A stretch of DNA of 64,000 nt from the NCBI GenBank assembly GCA_964016885.1, contig CAXHJY010000096.1, positions 1,612,001 through 1,676,000 on the forward strand, given 5' to 3'. Positions 1 to 12,500 of the stretch are shown here, one piece after another (position 1 is the first letter of the stretch; every line of letters starts with the position of its first letter). This DNA comes from Eledone cirrhosa (taxonomy: Eukaryota). Below the pieces are notes generated by a model. It had not been told where the DNA came from and made no database searches. It was given only the letters and a program-made list of their open reading frames with translations. The position numbers and the translations under genes are program-made.

Positions 1-2388
1 AAAAAAAATCAGGGGGAGATAATTTGTAAAAAAATCAGGGGGAGATAATTTGTAAAAAAAATCAGGGGGAGATAATTTGTAAAAAAAATCATGGGGAGAT
101 AATTTGTAAAAAAAAATCAGGGGTAGATAATTTGTAAAAAAAAATCAGGGGGAGATAATTTGTAAAAAAAAATCAGGGGGAGATAATTTGTAAAAAAAAT
201 CAAGGGGAGATAATATCCAGCCGTCCAAGGAGAGATAATTTAAAAAAAAAATGAGGCGGAGATAATTTGTAAAAAAAAAATCAGGGGGAGTTAATTTGTA
301 AAAAAAAATGAGGGGGAGATAATTTGTAAAAAAAATCAAGGGGAGATAATTTCCAGCCGTCCAAGGGGAGATAATTTTCAGCCGTCCAAGGAGAGGTAAT
401 TTCTAGCCGTCCAAGGGGAGATAATTTCCAGCCGTCCAAGGGGAGGTAATTTCCAGCCGTCCAAGGGGAGATAATTTAAAAAAAAAATCAGGCGGAGATA
501 ATTTGTAAAAAAAATCAAGGGGAGATAATTTGCAGCCGTCCAAGGGGAGATAATTTTCAGTCGTCCAAGGAGAGGTAATTTCTAGCCGTCCAAGGGGAGA
601 TAATTTCCAGCCGTCCAAGGGGAGATAATTTCCAGCCGTCCAAGGGGAGATAATTTTTTTTAAAAAATCAGGCGGAGATAATTTGTAAAAAAAATCAGGG
701 GGAGATAATTTGTAAACAAAATCAGGGGGAGATAATTTGTAAAAAAAAATCAGGGGGAGATAATTTGTAAAAAAAATTAGGCGTAGATAATTTGTAAAAA
801 AAAATCAGGGGGAGATAATTTGTAAAAAAAAATCAGGGGGAGATAATTTGTTTAAAAAATCAAGGGGAGATAATTTGCAGCCGTCCAAGGGGAGATAATT
901 TTCAGCCGTCCAAGGAGAGGTAATTTCTAGCCGTTCAAGGGGAGATAATTTCCAGCCGTCCAAGGGGAGATAATTTCCAGCCGTCCAAGGGGAGATAATT
1001 TTTTTTTAAAAATCAGGCGGAGATAATTTGTAAAAAAAATCAGGGGGAGATAATTCGTAAAAAAAAATCAGGGGGAGATAATTTGTAAAAAAAAATCAGG
1101 GGGAGATAATTTGTAAAAAAAATCAAGGGGAGATAATTTCCAGCCGTCCAAGGGGAGGTAATATCTAGCCGTCCAAGGGGAGATAATTTCCAGCCGTCCA
1201 AGGGGAGATAATTTCCAGCCGTCCAAGGGGAGATAATTTCCAGCCGTCCAAGGAGACATATTTTCCAGCCGTCCAAGGCGAGGTAATTTCTAGCCGTCCA
1301 AGGGGAGATTAATTCCAGCCTCCAAGGGGAGATAATTTCCAGCCAGCCAAGGGGAGATAATTTGTAAAAAAATCAGGGGGAGATAATTTGTAAAAAATAT
1401 CAGGGAGATAATTTGTAAAAAAAAATCAGGGGGAGATAATTTGTAAAAAAAATCAGGGGGAGATAATTTGTAAAAAAAAATCAGGGGGAGATAATTTGTA
1501 AAAAAAATCAAGGGGAGATAATTTCCAGCCGTCCAAGGGGAGATAATTTTCAGCCGTCCAAGGAGAGGTAATTTCTAACCGTCCGAGGAGAGATAATTTC
1601 CAGCCGTCCAAGGGGAGATAATTTCCAGCCGTCCAAGGGGAGATAATTTCCAGCCGTCCAAGGAGACATATTTTCCAGCCGTCCAAGGAGAGGTAATTTC
1701 TAGCCGTCCAAGGGGAGATAAATTCCAGCCTCCAAGGGGAGATAATTTCCAGCCAGCCAAGGGGAGATAATTTGTAAAAAAATCAGGGGGAGATAATTTG
1801 CAAAAAAAATCAGGGGGAGATAATTTGTAAAAAAAATCAGGGGGAGATAATTTGTAAAAAATAATCAGGGGGAGATAATTTCCAGCCGTCCAAGGGAAGA
1901 TAATTTCCAGCCCTCCAAGGGGCTATAATTTCCAGTGTCCAAGGGGAGATAATTTCCAGCCAGCGAAGGGGAGATAATTTTTTTTAAAAAATCATTGGGA
2001 GATTTGTAAAAAAAATCAGGGGGAGATAATTTGTAAAAAAAATCAAGGGGAGATAATTTCCAGCCGTCCAAGGGGAGGTAATATCTAGCCGTCCAAGGGT
2101 AGATAATTTCCAGCCGTCCAACGGGAGATAATTTCCAGCCGTCCAAGGGTAGATAATATCCAGCCGCCCAAGGACATATTTTCCAGCCGTCCAAGGAGAG
2201 GTAATTTCTAGCCGTCCAAGGGGAGATAATTTCCAGCCGTCCAAGGGTAGATAATATCCAGCCGTCCAAGGACATATTTTCCAGCCGTCCAAGGAGAGGT
2301 AATTTCTAGCCGTCCAAGGGGAGATAAATTCCAGCCTCCAAGGGGAGATAATTTCCAGCCAGCCAAGGGGAGATAATTTGTAAAAAAA

Positions 2389-2609
2389 TCAGGGGGAGAT
2401 AATTTGTAAAAAAAATCAGGGGGAGATAATTTGTAAAAAAAAATCAGGGGGAGATAATTTGTAAAAAAAAATCAGGGTGAGATAATTTGCAAAAAAAATC
2501 AGGGGGAGATAATTTGTAAAAAAAAATCAGGGGTAGATAATTTGTAAAAAAAAATCAGGGGGAGATAATTTGTAAAAAAAAATCAGGGGGAGATAATTTG
2601 TAAAAAAAA
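2389..2609 (+). repeat. Example type-A run: 8 monomers of TCAGGGGGAGATAATTTGT(A)8-9
   Basis: Read directly: 27-28 bp units, including the recurrent variants TCAGGGTGAG...TTTGCA and TCAGGGGTAG. Confidence 0.95.
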
Positions 2610-3280
2610 TCAAGGGGAGATAATTTCCAGCCGTCCAAGGAGAGAAAATTTAAAAAAAAATCAGGCGGAGATAATTTGTAAAAAAAAATCAGGGGGAGAT
2701 AATTTGTAAAAAAAATCAGGGGGAGATAATTTGTAAAAAAAAATCAGGGGTAGATAATTTGTAAAAAAAAATCAGGGGGAGATAATTTGTAAAAAAAAAT
2801 CAGGAGGAGATAATTTGTAAAAAAAATCAAGGGGAGATAATTTCCAGCCGTCCAAGGAGAGATAATTTAAAAAAAAATCAGGCGGAGATAATTTGTAAAA
2901 AAAAATCAGGGGGAGATAATTTGTAAAAAAAAATCAGGGGGAGATAATTTGTAAAAAAAATCAAGGGGAGATAATTTCCAGCCGTCCAAGGGGAGATAAT
3001 TTTCAGCCGTCCAAGGGGAGATAATTTCCCGCCAGCCAAGGGAAGATAATATTCAAAAAAATCAGGCGGAGATAATTTGTAAAAAAAATCAGGGGGAGAT
3101 AATTTGTAAAAAAATCAGGGGGAGATAATTTGTAAAAAAAAAATCAGGGGGAGATAATTTGTAAAAAAAATCAGGGGGAGATAATTTGTAAAAAAAATCA
3201 GGGGTAGATAATTTGTAAAAAAAAATCAGGGGGAGATAATTTGTAAAAAGAAATCAGGGGGAGATAATTTGTAAAAAAAA

Positions 3281-3681
3281 TGAAAGGGGAGATAATATCC
3301 AGCCGTCTAAGGGGAGATAATTTCCAGCCGTCCAAGGGGAGATAATTTCCAGCCGTCCAAGGGGAGATAATTTCCATCCTTCCAAGGGGATATAATTTCC
3401 AGCCGTCCAAGGGGAGATAATTTCCATCCTTCCAAGGGGATATAATTTCCAGCCGTCCAAGGGGAGATAATTTTCAGCCGTCCAAGGAGAGGTAATTTCT
3501 AGCCGTCCAAGGAGAGATAATTTCCAGCCGTCCAAGGGGAGATAATTTCCAGCCGTCCAAGGGGAGATAATTTCCAGCCGTCCAAGGAGACATATTTTCC
3601 AGCCGTCCAAGGAGAGGTAATTCCTAGCCGTCCAAGGGGAGATAAATTCCAGCCTCCAAGGGGAGATAATTTCCAGCCAGC
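3281..3681 (+). repeat. Example long type-B run: about 16 monomers of CCAAGGGGAGATAATTTCCAGCCGT
   Basis: Read directly: 24-25 bp units starting at the TGAAAGGGG variant and ending at CCAGCCAG. The same run recurs near 10990, 25120, 33085, 40080, 47410, 54295 and 62715. Confidence 0.95.
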
Positions 3682-4644
3682 CAAGGGGAGATAATTTGTA
3701 AAAAAAATCAGGGGGAGATAATTTGTAAAAAAAATCAGGGGGAGATAATTTGTAAAAAAAAATCAGGGGTAGATAATTTGTAAAAAATAATCAGGGGGAG
3801 ATAATTTGTAAAAAAAATCAAGGGGAGATAATTTCCAGCCGTCCAAGGGGAGATAATTTTCAGCCGTCCAAGGGGAGATAATTTCCCGCCAGCCAAGGGA
3901 AGATAATATTTAAAAAAATTAGGCGGAGATAATTTGTAAAAAAAATCAGGGGGAGATAATTTGTAAAAAAATCAGGGGGAGATAATTTGTAAAAAAAATC
4001 AGGGGGAGATAATTTGTAAAAAAAAATCAGGGGGAGATAATTTGTAAAAAAAATCAAGGGGAGATAATTTCCAGCCGTCCAAGGGAAGATAATTTCCAGC
4101 CCTCCAAGGGGCTATAATTTCCAGCGTCCAAGGGGAGATAATTTCCAGCCAGCGAAGGGGAGATAATTTTTTTTAAAAAATCATTGGGAGATTTGTAAAA
4201 AAAATCAGGGGGAGATAATTTGTAAAAAAAATCAAGGGGAGATAATTTCCAGCCGTCCAAGGGGAGGTAATATCTAGCCGTCCAAGGGGAGATAATTTCC
4301 AGCCGTCCAAGGGGAGATAATTTCCAGCCGTCCAAGGGTAGATAATATCCAGCCGTCCAAGGACATATTTTCCAGCCGTCCAAGGAGAGGTAATTTCTAG
4401 CCGTCCAAGGGGAGATAAATTCCAGCCTCCAAGGTGAGATAATTTCCAGCCAGCCAAGGGGAGATAATTTGTAAAAAAATCAGGGGGAGATAATTTGTAA
4501 AAAAAATCAGGGGGAGATAATTTGTAAAAAAAAATCAGGGGGAGATAATTTGTAAAAAAAAATCAGGGGGAGATAATTTGTAAAAAAAAATCAGGGGGAG
4601 ATAATTTCCAGCCGTCCAAGGGGAGATAATTTTCAGCCGTCCAA

Positions 4645-7600
4645 GGGGAGATAATTTCCCGCCAGCCAAGGGAAGATAATATTTGAAAAAATCAGGCGGA
4701 GATAATTTGTAAAAAAAATCAGGGGGAGATAATTTGTAAAAAAATCAGGGGGAGATAATTTGTAAAAAAAAATCAGGGGGAGATAATTTGTAAAAAGAAT
4801 CAGGGGGAGATAATTTGTAAAAAAAAATCAGGGGTAGATAAATTGTAAAAAAAAATCAGGGGGAGATAATTTGTAAAAAAAATCAGGGGGAGATAATTTG
4901 TAAAAAAAATGAAAGGGGAGATAATATCCAGCCGTCCAAGGGGAGATAATTTCCAGCCGTCCAAGGGGAGATAATTTCCAGCCGTCCAAGGGGAGATAAT
5001 TTCCATCCTTCCAAGGGGATATAATTTCCAGCCGTCCAAGGGGAGATAATTTCCCGCCAGCCAAGGGAAGATAATTTTTAAAAAAATCAGGCGGAGATTG
5101 TAAAAAAAATCAGGGGGGAGATAATTTGTAAAAAAATCAGGGGGAGATAATTTGTAAAAAAAAATCAGGGGGAGATAATTTGTAAAAAATAATCAGGGGG
5201 AGATAATTTGTAAAAAAAAATCAAGGGGAGATAATTTCCAGCCGTCCAAGGGGAGATAATTTCCCGCCAGCCAAGGGAAGATAATATTTAAAAAAATTAG
5301 GCGGAGATAATTTGTAAAAAAAATCAGGGGGAGATAATTTGTAAAAAAATCAGGGGGAGATAATTTGTAAAAAAAATCAGGGGGAGATAATTTGTAAAAA
5401 AATTCATGGGGAGATAATTTGTAAAAAAAAATCAGGGGTAGATAATTTGTAAAAAAAAATCAGGGGGAGATAATTTGTAAAAAAAAATCAGGGGGAGATA
5501 ATTTGTAAAAAAAATCAAGGGGAGATAATTTCCAGCCGTCCAAGGGGAGATAATTTTCAGCCGTCCAAGGAGAGGTAATTTCTAGCCGTCCAAGGGGAGA
5601 TAATTTCCAGCCGTCCAAGGGGAGGTAATTTCCAGCCGTCCAAGGGGAGATAATTTAAAAAAAAAAATCAGGCGGAGATAATTTGTAAAAAAAATCAAGG
5701 GGAGATAATTTGCAGCCGTCCAAGGGGAGATAATTTTCAGTCGTCCAAGGAGAGGTAATTTCTAGCCGTCCAAGGGGAGATAATTGCCAGCCGTCCAAGG
5801 GGAGATAATTTCCAGCCGTCCAAGGGGAGATAATTTTTTTTAAAAAATCAGGCGGAGATAATTTGTAAAAAAAATCAGGGGGAGATAATTTGTAAACAAA
5901 ATCAGGGGGAGATAATTTGTAAAAAAAAATCAGGGGGAGATAATTTGTAAAAAAAATCATGGAGAGATAATTTCCAGCCGTCCAAGGTGAGATAATTTCC
6001 AGCCGTCCAAGGAGACATATTTTCCAGCCGCCCAAGGCGAGGTAATTTCTAGCCGTCCAAGGGGCGATAAATTCCAGCCTCCAAGGGGAGATAATTTCCA
6101 GCCAGCCAAGTGGAGATAATTTGTAAAAAAATCAGGGGGAGATAATTTGTAAAAAATATCAGGGAGATAATTTGTAAAAAAAAATCAGGGGGAGATAATT
6201 TGTAAAAAAAATCAGGGGGAGATAATTTGTAAAAAAAAATCAGGGGGAGATAATTTGTAAAAAAAATCAAGGGGAGATAATTTCCAGCCGTCCAAGGGGA
6301 GATAATTTTCAGCCGTCCAAGGGGAGATAATTTCCCGCCAGCCAAGGGAAGATAATATTTAAAAAAATCAGGCGGAGATAATTTGTAAAAAAAATCAGGG
6401 GGAGATAATTTGTAAAAAAATCAGGGGGAGATAATTTGTAAAAAAAAAATCAGGGGGAGATAATTTGTAAAAAAAATCAGGGGGAGATAATTTGTAAAAA
6501 AAATCAAGGGGAGATAATTTCCAGCCGTCCAAGGGGAGATAATTTTCAGCCGTCCAAGGGGAGATAATTTGTAAAAAAAATCAAGGGGAGATAATTTCCA
6601 GCCGTCCAAGGGGAGATAATTTCCCGCCAGCCAAGGGAAGATAATATTTAAAAAAATCAGGCGGAGATAATTTGTAAAAAAAATCAGGGGGAGATAATTT
6701 GTAAAAAAATCAGGGGGAGATAATTTGTAAAAAAAAAATCAGGGGGAGATAATTTGTAAAAAAAATCAGGGGGAGATAATTTGTAAAAAAAAATCAGGGG
6801 TAGATAAATTGTAAAAAAAAATCAGGGGGAGATAATTTGTAAAAAAAATCAGGGGGAGATAATTTGTAAAAAAAATGAAAGGGGAGATAATATCCAGCCG
6901 TCCAAGGGGAGATAATTTCCAGCCGTCCAAGGGGAGATAATTTCCAGCCGTCCAAGGGGAGATAATTTCCATCCTTCCAAGGGGATATAATTTCCAGCCG
7001 TCCAAGGGGAGATAATTTCCCGCCAGCCAAGGGAAGATAATTTTTAAAAAAATCAGGCGGAGATTGTAAAAAAAATCAGGGGGGAGATAATTTGTAAAAA
7101 AATCAGGGGGAGATAATTTGTAAAAAAAAATCAGGGGGAGATAATTTGTAAAAAATAATCAGGGGGAGATAATTTGTAAAAAAAAATCAAGGGGAGATAA
7201 TTTCCAGCCATCCAAGGGGAGATAATTTCCCGCCAGCCAAGGGAAGATAATATTTAAAAAAATTAGGCGGAGATAATTTGTAAAAAAAATCAGGGGGAGA
7301 TAATTTGTAAAAAAATCAGGGGGAGATAATATGTAAAAAAAATCAGGGGGAGATAATTTGTAAAAAAAATCATGGGGAGATAATTTGTAAAAAAAAATCA
7401 GGGGTAGATAATTTGTAAAAAAAAATCAGGGGGAGATAATTTGTAAAAAAAAATCAGGGGGAGATAATTTGTAAAAAAATCAAGGGGAGATAATTTCCAG
7501 CCGTCCAAGGGGAGATAATTTTCAGCTGTCCAAGGAGAGGTAATTTCTAGCCGTCCAAGGGGAGATAATTTCCAGCCGTCCAAGGGGAGGTAATTTCCAG

Positions 7601-9500
7601 CCGTCCAAGGGGAGATAATTTTTAAAAAAAAATCAGGCGGAGATAATTTGTAAAAAAAATCAAGGGGAGATAATTTGCAGCCGTCCAAGGGGAGATAATT
7701 TTCAGTCGTCCAAGGAGAGGTAATTTCTAGCCGTCCAAGGGGAGATAATTGCCAGCCGTCCAAGGGGAGATAATTTCCAGCCGTCCAAGGGGAGATAATT
7801 TTTTTTAAAAAATCAGGCGGAGATAATTTGTAAAAAAAATCAGGGGGAGATAATTTGTAAACAAAATCAGGGGGAGATAATTTGTAAAAAAAAATCAGGG
7901 GGAGATAATTTGTAAAAAAAATCATGGAGAGATAATTTCCAGCCGTCCAAGGTGAGATAATTTCCAGCCGTCCAAGGAGACATATTTTCCAGCCGTCCAA
8001 GGCGAGGTAATTTCTAGCCGTCCAAGGGGAGATAAATTCCAGCCTCCAAGGGGAGATAATTTCCAGCCAGCCAAGTGGAGATAATTTGTAAAAAAATCAG
8101 GGGGAGATAATTTGTAAAAAATATCAGGGAGATAATTTGTAAAAAAAAATCAGGGGGAGATAATTTGTAAAAAAAATCAGGGGGAGATAATTTGTAAAAA
8201 AAAATCAGGGGGAGATAATTTGTAAAAAAAATCAAGGGGAGATAATTTCCAGCCGTCCAAGGGGAGATAATTTTCAGCCGTCCAAGGGGAGATAATTTCC
8301 CGCCAGCCATGGGAAGATAATATTTAAAAAAATCAGGCGGAGATAATTTGTAAAAAAAATCAGGGGGAGATAATTTGTAAAAAAATCAGGGGGAGATAAT
8401 TTGTAAAAAAAAAATCAGGGGGAGATAATTTGTAAAAAAAATCAGGGGGAGATAATTTGTAAAAAAAAATCAGGGGTAGATAATTTGTAAAAAAAAATCA
8501 GGGGGAGATAATTTGTAAAAAAAAATCAGGGGGAGATAATTTGTAAAAAAAATGAAAGGAGAGATAATATCCAGCCGTCCAAGGGGAGATAATTTCCAGC
8601 CGTCCAAGGGGATATAATTTCCAGCCGTCCAAGGGGAGATAATTTCCATCCTTCCAAGGGGATATAATTTCCAGCCGTCCAAGGGGAGATAATTTCCCGC
8701 CAGCCAAGGGAAGATAATTTTTAAAAAAATCAGGCGGAGATTGTAAAAAAAATCAGGGGGGAGATAATTTGTAAAAAAATCAGGAGGAGATAATTTGTAA
8801 AAAATAATCAGGGGGAGATAATTTGTAAAAAAATTCAAGGGGAGATAATTTCCAGCCGTCCAAGGGGAGATAATTTCCCGCCAGCCAAGGGAAGATAATA
8901 TTTAAAAAAATTAGGCGGAGATAATTTGTAAAAAAAATCAGGGGGAGATAATTTGTAAAAAAATCAGGGGGAGATAATTTGTAAAAAAAATCAGGGGGAG
9001 ATAATTTGTAAAAAAAATCATGGGGAGATAATTTGTAAAAAAAAATCAGGGGTAGATAATTTGTAAAAAAAAATCAGGGGGAGATAATTTGTAAAAAAAA
9101 ATCAGGGGGAGATAATTTGTAAAAAAAATCAAGGGGAGATAATTTCCAGCCGTCCAAGGGGAGATAATTTTCAGCTGTCCAAGGAGAGGTAATTTCTAGC
9201 CGTCCAAGGGGAGATAATTTCCAGCCGTCCAAGGGGAGGTAATTTCCAGCCGTCCAAGGGGAGATAATTTAAAAAAAAAAATCAGGTGGAGATAATTTGT
9301 AAAAAAAATCAAGGGGAGATAATTTGCAGCCGTCCAAGGGGAGATAATTTTCAGTCGTCCAAGGAGAGGTAATTTCTAGCCGTCCAAGAGGAGATAATTG
9401 CCAGCCGTCCAAGGGGAGATAATTTCCAGCCGTCCAAGGGGAGATAATTTTTTTTAAAAAATCAGGCGGAGATAATTTGTAAAAAAAATCAGGGGGAGAT
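4645..9500 (+). repeat. Tandem copies of a ~1.7-kb HOR unit (first two copies at a 1,965-1,966 bp period, third partial at ~1,676 bp)
   Basis: Matching translated repeats at 4800/6766, 4828/6794 and 6049/8014, with a related one at 8470. Variant monomers occur in the same order (TGAAAGGGG, CCATCCTTCC, GGAGATTGT, TTAGGCGG, TCATGGGG, TTTGCAG, CAGTCGT, AAACAAAA). Confidence 0.85.
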
Positions 9501-12500
9501 AATTTGTAAAAAAAATCAGGGGGAGATAATTTGTAAAAAAAAATCAGGGGTAGATAATTTGTAAAAAAAAATCAGGGGGAGATAATTTGTAAAAAAAATC
9601 AAGGGGAGATAATTTCCAGCCGTCCAAGGGAAGATAATTTCCAGCCCTCCAAGGGGCTATAATTTCCAGCGTCCAAGGGGAGATAATTTCCAGCCAGCGA
9701 AGGGGAGATAATTTTAAAAAAAAAATCATTGGGAGATTTGTAAAAAAAATCAGGGGGAGATAATTTGTAAAAAAAATCAAGGGGAGATAATTTCCAGCCG
9801 TCCAAGGGGAGGTAATATCTAGCCGTCCAAGGGTAGATAATTTCCAGCCGTCCAACGGGAGATAATTTCCAGCCGTCCAAGGGTAGATAATATCCAGCCG
9901 CCCAAGGACATATTTTCCAGCCGTCCAAGGAGAGGTAATTTCTAGCCGTCCAAGGGGAGATAATTTCCAGCCGTCCAAGGGTAGATAATATCCAGCCGTC
10001 CAAGGACATATTTTCCAGCCGTCCAAGGAGAGTTAATTTCTAGCCGTCCAAGGGGAGATAAATTCCAGCCTCCAAGGGGAGATAATTTCCAGCCAGCCAA
10101 GGGGAGATAATTTGTAAAAAAATCAGGGGGAGATAATTTGTAAAAAAAATCAGGGGGAGATAATTTGTAAAAAAAAATCAGGGGGAGATAATTTGTAAAA
10201 AAAAATCAGGGGGAGATAATTTGCAAAAAAAATCAGGGGGAGATAATTTGTAAAAAAAAATCAGGGGTAGATAATTTGTAAAAAAAAATCAGGGGGAGAT
10301 AATTTGTAAAAAAAATTCAGGGGGAGATAATTTGTAAAAAAAATCAAGGGGAGATAATTTCCAGCCGTCCAAGGAGAGATAATTTTAAAAAAAATCAGGC
10401 GGAGATAATTTGTAAAAAAAAATCAGGGGGAGATAATTTGTAAAAAAAAATCAGGGGGAGATAATTTGTAAAAAAAAATCAGGGGGAGATAATTTGTAAA
10501 AAAAATCAGGAGGAGATAATTTGTAAAAAAAATCAAGGGGAGATAATTTCCAGCCGTCCAAGGAGAGATAATTTAAAAAAAAATCAGGCGGAGATAATTT
10601 GTAAAAAAAAATCAGGGGGAGATAATTTGTAAAAAAAAATCAGGGGGAGATAATTTGTAAAAAAAATCAAGGGGAGATAATTTCCAGCCGTCCAAGGGGA
10701 GATAATTTTCAGCCGTCCAAGGGGAGATAATTTCCCGCCAGCCAAGGGAAGATAATATTCAAAAAAATCAGGCGGAGATAATTTGTAAAAAAAATCAGGG
10801 GGAGATAATTTGTAAAAAAATCAGGGGGAGATAATTTGTAAAAAAAAAAATCAGGGGGAGATAATTTTTAAAAAAAATCAGGGGGAGATAATTTGTAAAA
10901 AAAAATCAGGGGTAGATAATTTGTAAAAAAAAATCAGGGGGAGATAATTTGTAAAAAAAAATCAGGGGGAGATAACTTGTAAAAAAAATGAAAGGGGAGA
11001 TAATATCCAGCCGTCCAAGGGGAGATAATTTCCAGCCGTCCAAGGGGAGATAATTTCCAGCCGTCCAAGGGGAGATAATTTCCATCCTTCCAAGGGGATA
11101 TAATTTCCAGCCGTCCAAGGGGAGATAATTTCCATCCTTCCAAGGGGATATAATTTCCAGCCGTCCAAGGGGAGATAATTTTCAGCCGTCCAAGGAGAGG
11201 TAATTTCTAGCCGTCCAAGGAGAGATAATTTCCAGCCGTCCAAGGGGAGATAATTTCCAGCCGTCCAAGGGGAGATAATTTCCAGCCGTCCAAGGAGACA
11301 TATTTTCCAGCCGTCCAAGGAGAGGTAATTCCTAGCCGTCCAAGGGGAGATAAATTCCAGCCTCCAAGGGGAGATAATTTCCAGCCAGCCAAGGGGAGAT
11401 AATTTGTAAAAAAAATCAGGGGGAGATAATTTGTAAAAAAAATCAGGGGGAGATAATTTGTAAAAAATAATCAGGGGGAGATAATTTGTAAAAAAAATCA
11501 AGGGGAGATAATTTCCAGCCGTCCAAGGGGAGATAATTTTCAGCCGTCCAAGGGGAGATAATTTCCCGCCAGCCAAGGGAAGATAATATTTAAAAAAATT
11601 AGGCGGAGATAATTTGTAAAAAAAATCAGGGGGAGATAATTTGTAAAAAAATCAGGGGGAGATAATTTGTAAAAAAAATCAGGGGGAGATAATTTGTAAA
11701 AAAAATCAGGGGGAGATAATTTGTAAAAAAAAATCAGGGGGAGATAATTTGTAAAAAAAATCAAGGGGAGATAATTTCCAGCCGTCCAAGGGAAGATAAT
11801 TTCCAGCCCTCCAAGGGGCTATAATTTCCAGCGTCCAAGGGGAGATAATTTCCAGCCAGCGAAGGGGAGATAATTTTTTTTAAAAAATCATTGGGAGATT
11901 TGTAAAAAAAATCAGGGGGAGATAATTTGTAAAAAAAATCAAGGGGAGATAATTTCCAGCCGTCCAAGGGGAGGTAATATCTAGCCGTCCAAGGGGAGAT
12001 AATTTCCAGCCGTCCAAGGGGAGATAATTTCCAGCCGTCCAAGGGTAGATAATATCCAGCCGTCCAAGGACATATTTTCCAGCCGTCCAAGGAGAGGTAA
12101 TTTCTAGCCGTCCAAGGGGAGATAAATTCCAGCCTCCAAGGTGAGATAATTTCCAGCCAGCCAAGGGGAGATAATTTGTAAAAAAATCAGGGGGAGATAA
12201 TTTGTAAAAAAAATCAGGGGGAGATAATTTGTAAAAAAAAATCAGGGGGAGATAATTTGTAAAAAAAATCAGGGGGAGATAATTTGTAAAAAAAAATCAG
12301 GGGGAGATAATTTGTAAAAAAAATCAAGGGGAGATAATTTCCAGCCGTCCAAGGGGAGATAATTTCCCGCCAGCCAAGGGAAGATAATATTTAAAAAAAT
12401 CAGGCGGAGATAATTTGTAAAAAAAAATCAGGGGTAGATAAATTGTAAAAAAAAATCAGGGGGAGATAATTTGTAAAAAAAATCAGGGGGAGATAATTTG

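Noticed and set aside
651-670. T-run/A-run hairpins and GGAG/AGGAGG motifs as terminators or ribosome-binding sites
   Set aside because: They are integral parts of the repeat monomers with no associated gene, and there is no GC-rich stem preceding the T-runs.
7398-8000. Longest ORFs (200 aa here; 204 aa at 10962-11576; 191 aa at 27325-27900; 200 aa at 44224-44826)
   Set aside because: They are chance frame-preserving paths through the repeat. Homologous copies (e.g. 5655-6035 and 35488-35868) are truncated by a T/A boundary shift.
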